64,000 nt of DNA, from assembly GCA_023205875.1 (NCBI GenBank), contig CP060759.1, positions 1,054,001 to 1,118,000 on the forward strand. Reading direction: 5' to 3'. The notes under the pieces were generated by a model. It worked only from the letters and a program-made list of their open reading frames with translations, was not told the origin of the DNA and did no database searches. Position numbers and translations under genes: made by a program. The stretch is from Chloropicon primus. Lineage: Eukaryota. Positions 1 through 9,884 of the stretch are shown piece after piece. Within the stretch, counting starts at the first letter, position 1. Each line of letters begins with the position of its first letter.

Positions 1-614
1 ACCCCGTCCATCGTCCCCTCGATCTTCACCACGTGGGGCTGCACCAGGGGGTGCTCCACCAGGAGCCCCCCCGCCGCCCAGAACACCTCGCCCTCCTTGA
101 TCAAAGTCTCCACGGACTCCTCCGGGATGCTCTCGAAGTGAATGTTCGCGACGTCGATCTCGAGCTCCACCTTCCCCGTGCTGAGCTCGGTCACCGCGAT
201 GGCTCCCACCGTCGAGGGGTACGACTTGGCGTACCCCTTGACGTTCTCCCTCACCTCCTCCTCGCTCTCGGGCTTCTCCAGGATCCTTCCCTCGTGCACG
301 ACGACCTGGTCGCACGTGATGAGCAGGGTGTTTCCGTTATCCTCCGCCTCGAGCTTCTTCTTGATCGCCTCCGCCTTGGCCAAGGCAAGTGTGGTCACGA
401 GGTCCTCTGGCTTCTCCCTCCGGATCGCCTTCTCGTCGATATCCGCGGTTCGCACTTGGTACTGGAGCAGTCCGTCCCCAACCTCGGAGCACAGCTCGTC
501 CATCAGGGTCCTCCGCACCTTGGAGGACGAACCCAGGATGATCCGAGTCGCCTTTCCTCGAGGAGTCCTCAGAAACGTTCTCGCCGCACCCAACGCCGTC
601 GACGCCATCGCCAT
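1..614 (-). CDS. Maf/YhdE-family nucleotide pyrophosphatase, 3' end runs off window
   Basis: Not in ORF track because it is open at the window edge. Manual translation MAMASTAL...IILGSSSKVRR...DIDEKAIRREKPEDLVTTLALAKA...LLITCDQVVVHEGRILEKP shows the Maf motifs. Confidence 0.88.
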   Translation of the reverse strand, partial: MAMASTALGAARTFLRTPRGKATRIILGSSSKVRRTLMDELCSEVGDGLLQYQVRTADIDEKAIRREKPEDLVTTLALAKAEAIKKKLEAEDNGNTLLITCDQVVVHEGRILEKPESEEEVRENVKGYAKSYPSTVGAIAVTELSTGKVELEIDVANIHFESIPEESVETLIKEGEVFWAAGGLLVEHPLVQPHVVKIEGTMDG

Positions 615-795
615 TGGTTTTGCCGAATCAATTCGCGAGGCCAGCTGTCGGGGGGGGGGACGATGGGATGGCGATGGATTGAGAATGATGATATATTGAG
701 ATATTGAAAGGAAAGGTTTGTTCTTACTAGTACATGTGCCCCGTCTGTCTGTCTGCCCGGATGAATGGTGAATCCCAGTCGGCCGACTGCACCTC

Positions 796-3621
796 TCAAT
801 CGGTGATGGGTTCGAGCCCATACTGCTGGGCGATGGTGCGAACGAGCTCGAGGGAGGGGGGGTTCTCGCCGAAATGCAGGGCGTTGAGCGTGATGCCGAC
901 CGCGACCTTCTCCCTAGGAATGCAAAACCCTGCATTTCCTCCCACGCCTAGATGGCCGACCGCCGGTACGATCTCTCCCGTCTTCAAGTCTCTGAACCTG
1001 AAGACTTGGAAGCCGAGCCCTTGCTGCCGGGAAAGGGAGCTGTTCTCCGAGGCTGAGGTGGAAGCTGACTTGGCGTGAGACAGGACCCTTTCCAACGTTT
1101 CGGGCCCAAGCAAGGGTTCCCCCTCCAAGAAAAGCTTGCTCAACAGCGTCGACACCCCCCTGGCTGTCATGTGGCTGTTCGCGGACGGCAGCGCCGCTGC
1201 TCGGACCTCCTTCATGTTGAACACTGTCGGGTTGGTGAACCCTGCGCCCAGGGGCTCGACCACGGACCCCGTCTGCCTGAGCTGGACCGGGTTCACCACG
1301 GAAGCTATCCTGTCGTCCTGGATCGAATCCGGCAGCCCTCCCACGAAGAGGTCGTCAGAAAGGCCCGCGGGCTCCAAAAACTCCTTCTCGATGAATTCGG
1401 CCATGTTCCTCCCGGTGGCTCCCTTCACGAGCCCGCCGACCAGCCAGCAGTACGAGATCGCGTGGTAATTGAATGTGCCAGCGCCTTGGGCAGGCGCCTT
1501 GGCCACGAAATCGACCATCTTCTCGAAGTCAAGCAAGGGGGCGAGGCCCTTCCTTTTCAAGTCGGGCATGGCGTTGGCCAAGCCAGCCTCGTGGGAGAGT
1601 AGTTGAGAGACCGTTATGTTCCCCTTGCCCTCCTGGCCGAACTCGGGCCAGTGCTTGGAAACGGGGTCGTCCAGGTTGACGACACCCCTCTCGACGAGGA
1701 GGTGCACAGCCGCAGCAAGGAGGGCCTTTGTGACCGAGAAGGCGATGAACAGAGTCTTCTCGGTGACGGGTCTCAAATCCATCTCTGAGACGGTCCCGGC
1801 GGCAACATTGGCCTCCAGCATTCCGTCCTTGAGGACCGTGCATTGGAGGCCTTGCAGCTTTTCCTTTTCGGAGAGCTCCTGGACGTTCCTTTCGAGCTTC
1901 TTCTGCAGCTCAGTCCGTGGAACGGGAAACGGGTACAGCAAATGCTGAGCTCGCTTCTCATCGGGCACGGCTTCCCTCACGGTCTCGATGGCCGTTTCGG
2001 CCATGACTTGGAGATACCCAAACTCGATGTCCATTTTCGAGGTCAAGCCCTTGAGCAAACCGGTGACTCGGATAAAAAAGACGAGCTCCGACGGCCAGGC
2101 CTCCACTGGCCGCTTCACCTTCTCTCTCGGCCCGCTCCTCCTCTCCTCCTCCTCCTCCTCCTTCCTCCTCTCCTGCCTCTCCTTCGCCATGACTGCCTTC
2201 CTTTCCTTGAGGCGAGACATTGGGGTGGGACTGAAGAGTCTCCTCGTGTTGTTCAGGTCGCGAAAAGGGTCTTTGACCTTCTCGTTGATCACGAAGTTCA
2301 TCTCCACCAGGCTCCTTGACAGCTGATCGAGGTCCTGGCAGTAGGAGGAAAAAATCAGTTTCGAAAACGCCTGCTTCATCCTGTCGCTGGGGAAGCTCTT
2401 CACGAGGCCAAAGTCAAGCAACACCGGCACGGACTTGTCTTCCCCAGATTCCGTCGACACCAGTATGTTTCCAGGGTGCGGGTCCGCGTGGTAGAACCCG
2501 TACCGATGGATCTGGTGCGCAAACGCAGAACAAAGGCGCCTCATAAAGACCTCTCTGTCGGTCCCGTGCGCGTCCATCGCTTCGGTGTCCTTGGGGCTGA
2601 AGCCCTCGCAAAACTGCATCACAAGGACGCTCTCCGTGCAGAGTTCCTTCTCCTTCAAGGGCAGGGGGATCTTCACCTTGACGCCGGAGTCCTGCATGTT
2701 CTGCGCGACGACCTTCAAGTTGTTCGCCTCCCTCCTCAGGTCGAGCTCCTCCTTCACCGCGGGTCGCCACTCCGCAACGATCTTGCGGTAGTCTTGATCC
2801 GGTTCGAAGTAAGCCAGCGTGTTCGTGAGGATTCTCAGGTTTTGCAAGTCCTGGAGCATCTTCTTCCTGATCCCCTTGTGCATCACCTTGAGGGCAACCT
2901 TCTGGCTTCCCTCCTTGAGCACGGCGACGTGCACTTGCGCGATGCTCGCAGCGCTCAGGGGGTTCTCGTCGACCAGCGAGAAGTGTTTCCTCCAGTCCTT
3001 GCCAAGCTCCCTCTCCAAGGTTCCTTGAACCTCCGCCCACGGCCGAGGTGGGATGGAGTCCTGCAAGTCGCTGAGGACCCTAACGTACTCCATCGGAACC
3101 ACGTCAGGCCGAGAGGAAAGGAACTGACCGGCCTTTACCCACAATCCTTTCAGCTCGAGGATGCCGTCGTAAAGTAGTCTGGCGTTTTTTTCGTGGGCCG
3201 CGCACCAGATCTCGTCGATCTCGGGGTGTTCGTCCGCATCCGGGTCGTTTTCGATTCCCAGCCCCCTCTTCACGCCCTCCGCCCGCTTCCTCGTCCTCCG
3301 GTAGTCGAAGTAGACTGCCGCCGCGAGACGATAAATCTTGTACGCCCGGGCCATGGAGCTGAAGAATCCCGTTCCTTCCCTCCTGTTCATGGCATCGCTC
3401 GACGCCGGCACGCACCTCGACATCTCCTCGGACCCCCTGTCGCTCGCCACTGCCCTCGAAGCCCAGCACTCCCCGACTCGAACTCGATCCCGATGTTGTT
3501 GATGATGATGACGACGACGACGACCTCGAGGCTGGTTCCGCCGTGCGTCGTTCCTCCCGCCACCGCACCACGTCCTCAGCCTGCGCGTCGCGGTCCCTCC
3601 GACGACCAAACCTGCACGCAT
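796..3621 (-). CDS. ABC1/UbiB atypical kinase fused to C-terminal beta-lactamase-like serine hydrolase domain
   Basis: ABC1 motifs VKAGQFLSSRPD, AASIAQVH, HADPHPGN and LLDFG; C-terminal FSVTK (SxxK), LLSHEAGL, YHA and GHLG. True start uncertain. Confidence 0.9.
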   Translation of the reverse strand: MRAGLVVGGTATRRLRTWCGGGRNDARRNQPRGRRRRHHHQQHRDRVRVGECWASRAVASDRGSEEMSRCVPASSDAMNRREGTGFFSSMARAYKIYRLAAAVYFDYRRTRKRAEGVKRGLGIENDPDADEHPEIDEIWCAAHEKNARLLYDGILELKGLWVKAGQFLSSRPDVVPMEYVRVLSDLQDSIPPRPWAEVQGTLERELGKDWRKHFSLVDENPLSAASIAQVHVAVLKEGSQKVALKVMHKGIRKKMLQDLQNLRILTNTLAYFEPDQDYRKIVAEWRPAVKEELDLRREANNLKVVAQNMQDSGVKVKIPLPLKEKELCTESVLVMQFCEGFSPKDTEAMDAHGTDREVFMRRLCSAFAHQIHRYGFYHADPHPGNILVSTESGEDKSVPVLLDFGLVKSFPSDRMKQAFSKLIFSSYCQDLDQLSRSLVEMNFVINEKVKDPFRDLNNTRRLFSPTPMSRLKERKAVMAKERQERRKEEEEEERRSGPREKVKRPVEAWPSELVFFIRVTGLLKGLTSKMDIEFGYLQVMAETAIETVREAVPDEKRAQHLLYPFPVPRTELQKKLERNVQELSEKEKLQGLQCTVLKDGMLEANVAAGTVSEMDLRPVTEKTLFIAFSVTKALLAAAVHLLVERGVVNLDDPVSKHWPEFGQEGKGNITVSQLLSHEAGLANAMPDLKRKGLAPLLDFEKMVDFVAKAPAQGAGTFNYHAISYCWLVGGLVKGATGRNMAEFIEKEFLEPAGLSDDLFVGGLPDSIQDDRIASVVNPVQLRQTGSVVEPLGAGFTNPTVFNMKEVRAAALPSANSHMTARGVSTLLSKLFLEGEPLLGPETLERVLSHAKSASTSASENSSLSRQQGLGFQVFRFRDLKTGEIVPAVGHLGVGGNAGFCIPREKVAVGITLNALHFGENPPSLELVRTIAQQYGLEPITD

Positions 3622-3896
3622 CGCCCGATGGCCGTGATCTTTGCTGTAGCTCTATCTCCCGGGAAATTTTGTGGCCCAAAAGAAAGCAAAGGTCGTGGAG
3701 GGAAGGGGGGGGAAGGGAGGAGGGACCAAAGCGGTCTTGCTTCCCTTGTCCGAGTTTGAACTCATTGGATGATAGTGGGGTGAGTCTTCTGTCTGTGGAA
3801 GCTTTATTACAAGGAAGTCGTGGGTGGGTGGTAGTTTGTGTGTGTTTGTGTGTGTGTTTGTGTGTGGGGTCGTGCATAATATGCCCGCCCGTCGTC

Positions 3897-4837
3897 CTAG
3901 CATCGGAGCACGATGGGAATCTCAAACGTGGAGCTCTCCGAGGAGGAGCTCTTCTCCTTCTGCTTCTGCAGCTCCGCGTTGATCTCGATCTCCGCCGCGA
4001 GCATCTTTGAGATGGGTGGGTGGTCTGGGATCTTGACGGGCTTCGCCTTGAGCTCCGGGATTTTCCTATCCTTGAGGTTCGGGCAGTGGATCTTGCACGT
4101 GGAGAGCTGGGAGCAAGCGGTCAAGTCCAAGTTCACCAGCTTGTCGCTCCATATCATGATCGTCTCTATGCTGGTCGACCCCTCGATGCTCAGGGTGGAG
4201 AGGTTCTTGCAGTGAAGCAGGAGCTTCTTGACCCCGCAGCGGGACAGCAAAATCTTCTCCACGCTCTCCGACTGGATGAGAACGAACTCCAGCTTGGGTG
4301 ACAGGGACAAGTCAATCTCCTTGAGCAGGGGGCACGCCGTGAGCGGCGACAGGACGAACTTCGTGAGGCTTGACGACCCCCGAAACGACAGCTTTGCCAG
4401 CTCCGGGGGGGCCAGCTTGACCATCTCCGAGGCAAAGGCGTCACTGACGGAGGGGCTCCAAGTGACTTGTATCGTCATGCAGGACAAAATGATTCTCTCT
4501 CTCAGAGCACCCCAGGTCGGCCAAGCGTTTGGATCCGGCAGGGCGTCTATGGGCCTGTCCCACCTTCCCTGCTCCACCGCCTGGCACACGCACACAGAGG
4601 AGGAGAAGAGAGCGAGGGGGAAAAGAAAGAAAGAAAGAAAGAGAGTTAGAGACGAATTCCACCCATCCATCGAAACGAGTTTTTGCACAGCATTAATTCC
4701 TGGGTCCCCTCCACTCCACGCACGCCACAAGCCCGCAACCACGTCGTACTTACTCGCTCCCATCCTGGATCGTGTGGTGGCTCTGTAGGCTCTGAGTCCT
4801 TCTTGGACTTCTTCTTCCCCTTTCCCTTCTTTCCCAT
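3897..4837 (-). CDS. LRR-like protein (FBXL-type repeats) with basic MGKKGKGKKK N-terminus; exons 4837-4754 and 4580-3897
   Basis: GTAAGT donor and CAG acceptor splice in frame; repeats such as CPLLKEIDLS, CKNLSTLSIEG, LVNLDLTAC and CPNL. Confidence 0.7.
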
Positions 4838-5069
4838 CGCGAGTCGGTGTCTCCTGCCGTCTCCGTGGTCGTCGTCCTCCTGTTCTCCTGTTCTCCTGTT
4901 CTCCTTTCTCCTAAAAGTCAAAATCCTCTTCCTTTCATTCGGACTGCTGTGGTCGTAAAGGAGTGTACCACGACAAGGCGACAAAACGACGAGGAGCGAG
5001 AGCGGCGAGAGACAAAACGACGGAGAGGGTTTCGGACGAGGAGGGGTTGGGTTGGTTCGGGCTTTGGGA

Positions 5070-5115
<46 letters not shown>

Positions 5116-5207
5116 AGAGGAGGGGCGCTATACACGAAAGGGCGTCGTTTCGTGGCTCCGGAGAGGGACGAAGAGAGTAAGAAGGAGTTACGGCACGTAG
5201 GGGGACC

Positions 5208-5879
5208 ATGACGTTGGGAACGTTTGCGAGTGCGGCCGCGAGAGGCCTGGGGCTGAGGGCGAGGGTCGCGCAAGGTGGTCTGAGCAACTTAAAGTCCGCG
5301 GGAACCACCACAACCACCACGAGGTCTTACGCCGCAGGTGAGTCCATCGGAACTCCATTTCGCTTTCCTTCCCACTCGCACGCACGGGGAACGCTCCTTG
5401 ACTGAACGCTGGCTTCCTCTTGTTTCCTCTCTTTCGCTTCCGCGTCCGCGTCCGCTCCTCCTTTTTGCGAATCCGTTGCTTTCGCCGCCGCACGCTTTCG
5501 CCAGGGGGGAAGGGCGAGACCTTCGAGGGGGTCACCATTCACCACGCCTCCAATTGGCACAAGTTTGGTGCCCAGGCCTTCGGTGGGGTCATGTGGTTTT
5601 GGATTTTCTACCGTCTGAGGAACGATTTTGACACCTTCATGGTGAGTTGCGAGGGGACAACCCTCTTTAATCGACTATTGGGGGGCGTTGTCTGTCCTCG
5701 AGAGTTCGCAGAGAGATGTGTGTTTGTTGTGTTTGTTGTGTGTGTGTGTGTGTGTGACGGGCACTGACCTGACCTCCTCGCTCGCTCTTCGTTCGTTCGT
5801 CGTTCACGTCGTGCAGTTTGGTCACGCCCAGCATTTCGAGCATGAGATGGAACACGAAAAGGAGGGCGGCCACCATTGA
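5208..5879 (+). CDS. NDUFB2: Mitochondrial complex I subunit NDUFB2 (AGGG); exons 5208-5337, 5505-5641, 5817-5879
   Basis: Spliced product GGKGETFEGVTIHHASNWHKFGAQAFGGVMWFWIFYR...FGHAQHF...HH resembles plant NDUFB2; two GTGAGT..CAG introns. Confidence 0.85.
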
Positions 5880-6013
5880 CCGAGCCTACGGTCTCGCGAC
5901 GGTGATGATGATTGGCACAGAGACTAAAGAGTGATGATGACATTTGTTTATTTACAGCTTGCTTATACCCTTCCTAAGGCTTTTTTTTTCTCTACGCAAA
6001 GGAATCTCCCTCC

Positions 6014-7483
6014 TCACTCCTCCTGCTTGACCTTGACGATGGAAGGAGCCGCCTTGCTTCGTGTTCTCTTCGACGAGCGACGAGGAGCTTTGCAGAGCCC
6101 GACCTCTTCCAGGTACTCTCTCTTCACAATGCATTGTTCCTTGTCGCTCAGCTTAAGAGATGCGTCCGCAAAGATGATCCTCAACGCCTCGTTGTAGTCC
6201 GCGATCTCTTTCTTCTTCTCCGGGGACTTGCTGTCGTAACGCTGGGCCTCCTGCACGGCTTCGGCGTACTCCTCCTCCGTCATCAGGCCGGACTCGAGAG
6301 CCTCTCTCAAATCCAAAGCATAGGGAGAGGGAGAACTCGTCGCCGTCATGTTGTTGTTGGCGGCTGAGTTGGAGTCCTCCTCATTCAGGTTGTCGGCGGT
6401 TGATCGATTCAAGTATTCCTTGGCAATGGCATATATTCCCAGGGCATTGCGAACAAAGCGGGGACTGCGTGAACAAGCAGCACTGACCCTCTTCTGCAAT
6501 TTCTCATCATCAGTAGAAACAGAACCATCCATACGCCTGAACACATATAGCTTCTTCGCCTTGATACGGGCAAGGATCTCTTTGATGTGCAAGCTCCTTC
6601 CCACATCTTGAAGAACGCGATAGATGGCATCCCGAAGCGTTGAGGTGCTGACAGCAACTTGAGTATTGGACCCATTCAAATATTCCTTGGCAATGGCATA
6701 TAATCCGTATGCAGTGCGAACAAAGAGGGGGCTCTGTGTACAAGCAGAGCTGACAGTGTCCCGCATACTCTTCGGATCAGTATGAACAGAACCATCTTTT
6801 CGCTTGAACACATACAACTTCTTGGCCCGGATCCGACCAAAGATCTCCTTCACGTGCAAGCTCCCTCCCGCATCTTGAAGAACGCGGTAGATGGCATCCC
6901 GAAGCGGTGAGGGCCTGACAGCATCTTGAGTATTGGACCCATTCAAGTATTCCTTGGCAATGGCATATCTTCCGTATGCAGTGCGAACAAAGCTGGGGCT
7001 CTGTAAACAAGCAGTGCTGACAAGTCTCCGCATTTTCTTCGGATCAGTATGGACAGAGCCATCTCTCCGCCTGAACACATATAGCTTCTTCGCCTGGATC
7101 CGTGCATGGATCTCTTTGGCGCGCAAGCTCCCTCCCGCAGCATCTTGAAGAACGAGGTAGATGGCAGCCACAAGCGTTCTCTTTCCATTCCTAGTCTTGA
7201 TAGGACGTGCGTTGCCTCTCATCATAGTCACCTCTGCTGGCTCAGGCTGAAAAGACGAACCCGCACCACCACTATCCTCCTCACTGTCGCTCTCCTCTTC
7301 GATGATCGTCGTAGAGCCCGTCGAGAAGCTCGCCAAATACTCTCCGTCCACGTCCATGTCCATGGCACCTGGGGACAATCCTCCCTTGTCGTCATCACCA
7401 CCGGCGACGGCCCTCGCCGCCGCGATCATCGCCGCCGTCGACCTGGTGCGTGTCCAGCTTCTCTGTCTCGTGGGACACCTCAT
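6014..7483 (-). CDS. Protein with three tandem 89-aa HARE-HTH-like winged-helix repeats (start ATG 7483, 7430 or 7363)
   Basis: Repeat consensus LRDAIYRVLQDAGGSLHVKEI..RI.AKKLY.F...VS.AC..SP.FVRTAYG.YAI fits the HB1/ASXL/restriction-endonuclease HTH pattern. Intronless, with an acidic N-terminal tract. Confidence 0.7.
   Translation of the reverse strand: MRCPTRQRSWTRTRSTAAMIAAARAVAGGDDDKGGLSPGAMDMDVDGEYLASFSTGSTTIIEEESDSEEDSGGAGSSFQPEPAEVTMMRGNARPIKTRNGKRTLVAAIYLVLQDAAGGSLRAKEIHARIQAKKLYVFRRRDGSVHTDPKKMRRLVSTACLQSPSFVRTAYGRYAIAKEYLNGSNTQDAVRPSPLRDAIYRVLQDAGGSLHVKEIFGRIRAKKLYVFKRKDGSVHTDPKSMRDTVSSACTQSPLFVRTAYGLYAIAKEYLNGSNTQVAVSTSTLRDAIYRVLQDVGRSLHIKEILARIKAKKLYVFRRMDGSVSTDDEKLQKRVSAACSRSPRFVRNALGIYAIAKEYLNRSTADNLNEEDSNSAANNNMTATSSPSPYALDLREALESGLMTEEEYAEAVQEAQRYDSKSPEKKKEIADYNEALRIIFADASLKLSDKEQCIVKREYLEEVGLCKAPRRSSKRTRSKAAPSIVKVKQEE
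6405..7180. repeat. Three tandem 267-bp coding repeats
   Basis: Anchor tattccttggcaatggcata recurs at 6414, 6681 and 6948. Confidence 0.95.
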
Positions 7484-7924
7484 GATGAAACAAAGCACCG
7501 CACGACACTGCGCAGCTCGACGAAGACTTGCCTTCCTCTTCCTCGTCACACAACCGAGCCAACAACTCACGAAACAAACTTCGAGGCAACCTCCTCCTGT
7601 AACGCCTGTCGTAGCAAAGAGAGCGAGCGAGCGGAGGACCACTCCGTGCGCCAAAACCTTCAGCCGAGGTGTCGATCGAAAGCCCTTGAGACGCGCTTTC
7701 GTTCTTTCAACACCTCCTCCCCTTCGCCGTCCCCGTCCGTGCACAAAGTCCTCGACAAAAACACCTTCCCTCTCCCTTGTTGCGCGACGAACCCGGGCGT
7801 TAATTCTCACTCGTGTTTTCAACTCCTTATCTTCTTCTTCTAGGGTTTTTCGCGCGAGGAAATCCTCAGGAGGGGACGCCGAACCAGGAGGGGGATGGAG
7901 GGATGATGTAGAAGGGAGAAGGGG
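7430..7924. repeat. Dispersed repeat copy A (core 7657-7833)
   Basis: Homologous to 38279-38750; core differs from copy B at 4 of 177 positions and from copy C at 3 of 177 by manual alignment. Confidence 0.95.
7841..7856. promoter_or_regulatory. Overlapping telo-box (TAGGGTTT) and E2F-like site (TTTCGCGC); same in copy C at about 38667-38682
   Basis: Sequence tagggtttttcgcgcg; function inferred from plant promoter consensus only. Confidence 0.4.
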
Positions 7925-7936
7925 GACCAGGGCAGC

Positions 7937-9172
7937 ATGGCAGCAGCGGTGTTAACCACCCCGCGAGGAGGGGGGCGAGGCCCCAGGGTGCGAGCTCACG
8001 CCGCTTCAGGCGTGGATCGGAGCCTGTCTGATCGCGTTGTCGTCGTGGGGGGAGGCATCGCTGGGCTGGCGTGCGCCGTGGCTCTGAAACGGGCAAGGTT
8101 TCCCGTCACCGTCCTGGAGTCCGCCAAAGGGAAACGCGAGGGCGGGACGGCGATAGCCTTGTGGACGAATGCTTGGCGTGCTCTCGAGAGTCTCGGGGTG
8201 GCGGACGAGCTTCGCGCGGGGCATCAGGAACTGAATCAGATCCAGCTGTGCGCAGCAAAGCAGAAAGTCTTGAAGTCGTTCTCGCTCGACGAGTGCGACG
8301 GGGGGCCGCACGAGTTCCGTGGGGTGTACAGGAGGGAACTATTAAGCGCCTTGGAGTCCAAGCTTGACGGGACTGACATCATGTACGGCGTGGAGGTGAA
8401 GGAAGCGACCACGAGCGGCCAGGGGGTGCTGCTGCAGACGAGCCAGGGCCAGGCGTTGGAGTGCAGGGCGGTTGTGGGTTGCGACGGCATCGGATCAAGG
8501 GTGGCCGACAGCCTTGGGCTGCCCAAACCGAACTTCTCGGGCTACTCTGCGATCCGAGGGGTGGCCACCTTTCCCTCCGACTTAAAGCCCATTTCGAACA
8601 CCGTCAGGCAGATCATGGGCAGCGGGATGCGCGCGGGGATGTACCCTCTGTCGCGCTCAGAGGTTTACTGGTTTGTCTGCTTTAACTCGGATTCAGACTG
8701 GGCCAAAACGTGTCGCAAAGACGATGTTTTGGAGAAGTTGAAATTGTTCAACGACTGGGATCACGCCCTTTCTGAAACAATTGCTGCGACAGACGTGGAG
8801 TCCGTGTCTGTGGGCTCGATCAGCGACAGATGGCGTTGGGGAGGCGTTGGCGTCGGCAACCTCACCGTGGCCGGCGATGCCTTACATCCGATGACACCTA
8901 ACTTGGGCCAAGGCGGCTGCTGTGCCTTGGAGGATGCTGTCGTTCTTTCCAACTGCCTTGCCCGTGGCCAGGGGACAATGGAAGAGGCTCTGAGAGAGTA
9001 CGAGAGGGAGAGGCTGAAGAGGTGCTTCCCCCTGACGGTGCGCGCGAACATCATGGGCGCCCTCCTTCAGATAGGGAACCCTATCGTCACCGGGGTGAGG
9101 GACGCCGTCATCGAGAGGGTGTTCTCGCCTGCTCACTTCCTGGATCACACTTGTTTTGATTGTAGATTGTAA
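7937..9172 (+). CDS. FAD-dependent monooxygenase (zeaxanthin epoxidase/MO2-like family)
   Basis: VVVVGGGIAGL, VGCDGIGS and GDALHPMTPNLGQGGCCALEDA fingerprints. Confidence 0.92.
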   Translation: MAAAVLTTPRGGGRGPRVRAHAASGVDRSLSDRVVVVGGGIAGLACAVALKRARFPVTVLESAKGKREGGTAIALWTNAWRALESLGVADELRAGHQELNQIQLCAAKQKVLKSFSLDECDGGPHEFRGVYRRELLSALESKLDGTDIMYGVEVKEATTSGQGVLLQTSQGQALECRAVVGCDGIGSRVADSLGLPKPNFSGYSAIRGVATFPSDLKPISNTVRQIMGSGMRAGMYPLSRSEVYWFVCFNSDSDWAKTCRKDDVLEKLKLFNDWDHALSETIAATDVESVSVGSISDRWRWGGVGVGNLTVAGDALHPMTPNLGQGGCCALEDAVVLSNCLARGQGTMEEALREYERERLKRCFPLTVRANIMGALLQIGNPIVTGVRDAVIERVFSPAHFLDHTCFDCRL

Positions 9173-9191
9173 GGTTTTTATAATGTACGAA

Positions 9192-9548
9192 TTACTTTGC
9201 GAACGTGCTCGAGTTGAAGCCAAAGTTAGACCTCGGGGGATCAATGAAGTGGATGTAAGTCCTGTTCGGCGCAACGCCCAGCTTTGCCTGAACGAACTCA
9301 CATATCCCTTTACTGATGGTTTTGTTCTTCTCTCCACCAATCGATCCTAAGCTCACGAGCTCCACGAAGGCCGCGGGTTCCTCCGTTCCCCCGAACGCCA
9401 TCGTGACGCCCGCCTCCAGCAAAACCATCACGTAAGCCTCTGGTTTCCCGAGGAGATCGGCAACCAGCGCACTTGCCTCCCTCACGACGTCCGACTGCGA
9501 GATCCTGTCGACGCTGGTCGTGTTGGTCTTAATACTCAACGTGGGCAT
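9192..9548 (-). CDS. MIF: MIF/D-dopachrome tautomerase-like protein
   Basis: Catalytic Pro after Met (MPTLSIKTN), GKPEAYVMV, MAFGGTEEPAAF, SLGSIG, NFGFNSSTF. Confidence 0.92.
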   Translation of the reverse strand: MPTLSIKTNTTSVDRISQSDVVREASALVADLLGKPEAYVMVLLEAGVTMAFGGTEEPAAFVELVSLGSIGGEKNKTISKGICEFVQAKLGVAPNRTYIHFIDPPRSNFGFNSSTFAK

Positions 9549-9567
9549 GGCTCCACCCTCCCTAAAC

Positions 9568-9744
9568 CCTTCAGCCGAGGTGTCGATCGAAAGCCCTTGA
9601 GACGCGCTTTCGTTCTTTCAACACCTCCTCCCCTTCGCCGTCCCCGTCCGTGCACAAAGTCCTCGACAACAACACCTTCCCTCTCCCTTGTCGTGCGACG
9701 AACCCGGGCGTTAAATCTCACTCGTGTTTTCAACTCCTTATCTT
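9568..9744. repeat. Dispersed repeat copy B (core only), directly upstream of MIF
   Basis: 177 bp, 4 differences from copy A core. Confidence 0.95.
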
Positions 9745-9884
9745 TTTGAGTTTTGCAGAGCCCAGGTTGGAGGAGGCGAGTCCTGCGACAAGGATGGAGT
9801 TGGATGGATGAAGGGGACGAGGGGAAGAGGGGAAGAGGGGAAGAGGGGTAGAGAGGTTTTAACCCGGACAGTGCTGTCGTTGTG

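Noticed and set aside
33..707. Plus-strand ORFs 33-707 and 142-699
   Set aside because: Antisense shadows of the Maf gene.
806..821. GGTTCGA T-loop-like motifs (also 21564, 30561, 39616) as tRNAs
   Set aside because: No cloverleaf can be built; two lie within coding sequence.
796..3621. ABC1 kinase/beta-lactamase fusion as a novelty
   Set aside because: This architecture is already known in plants.
7484..7822. TTG-initiated N-terminal extension of the HARE-HTH ORF through the cassette
   Set aside because: No ATG, low-complexity Arg/Gly translation, and the same frame is out of frame with MIF in copy B.
9560..9571. CCCTAAACCCT as a telomerase RNA template
   Set aside because: Lies 12 bp from the MIF ATG with no room for a plus-strand Pol III gene start, and is absent from the other cassette copies; better read as a telo-box.
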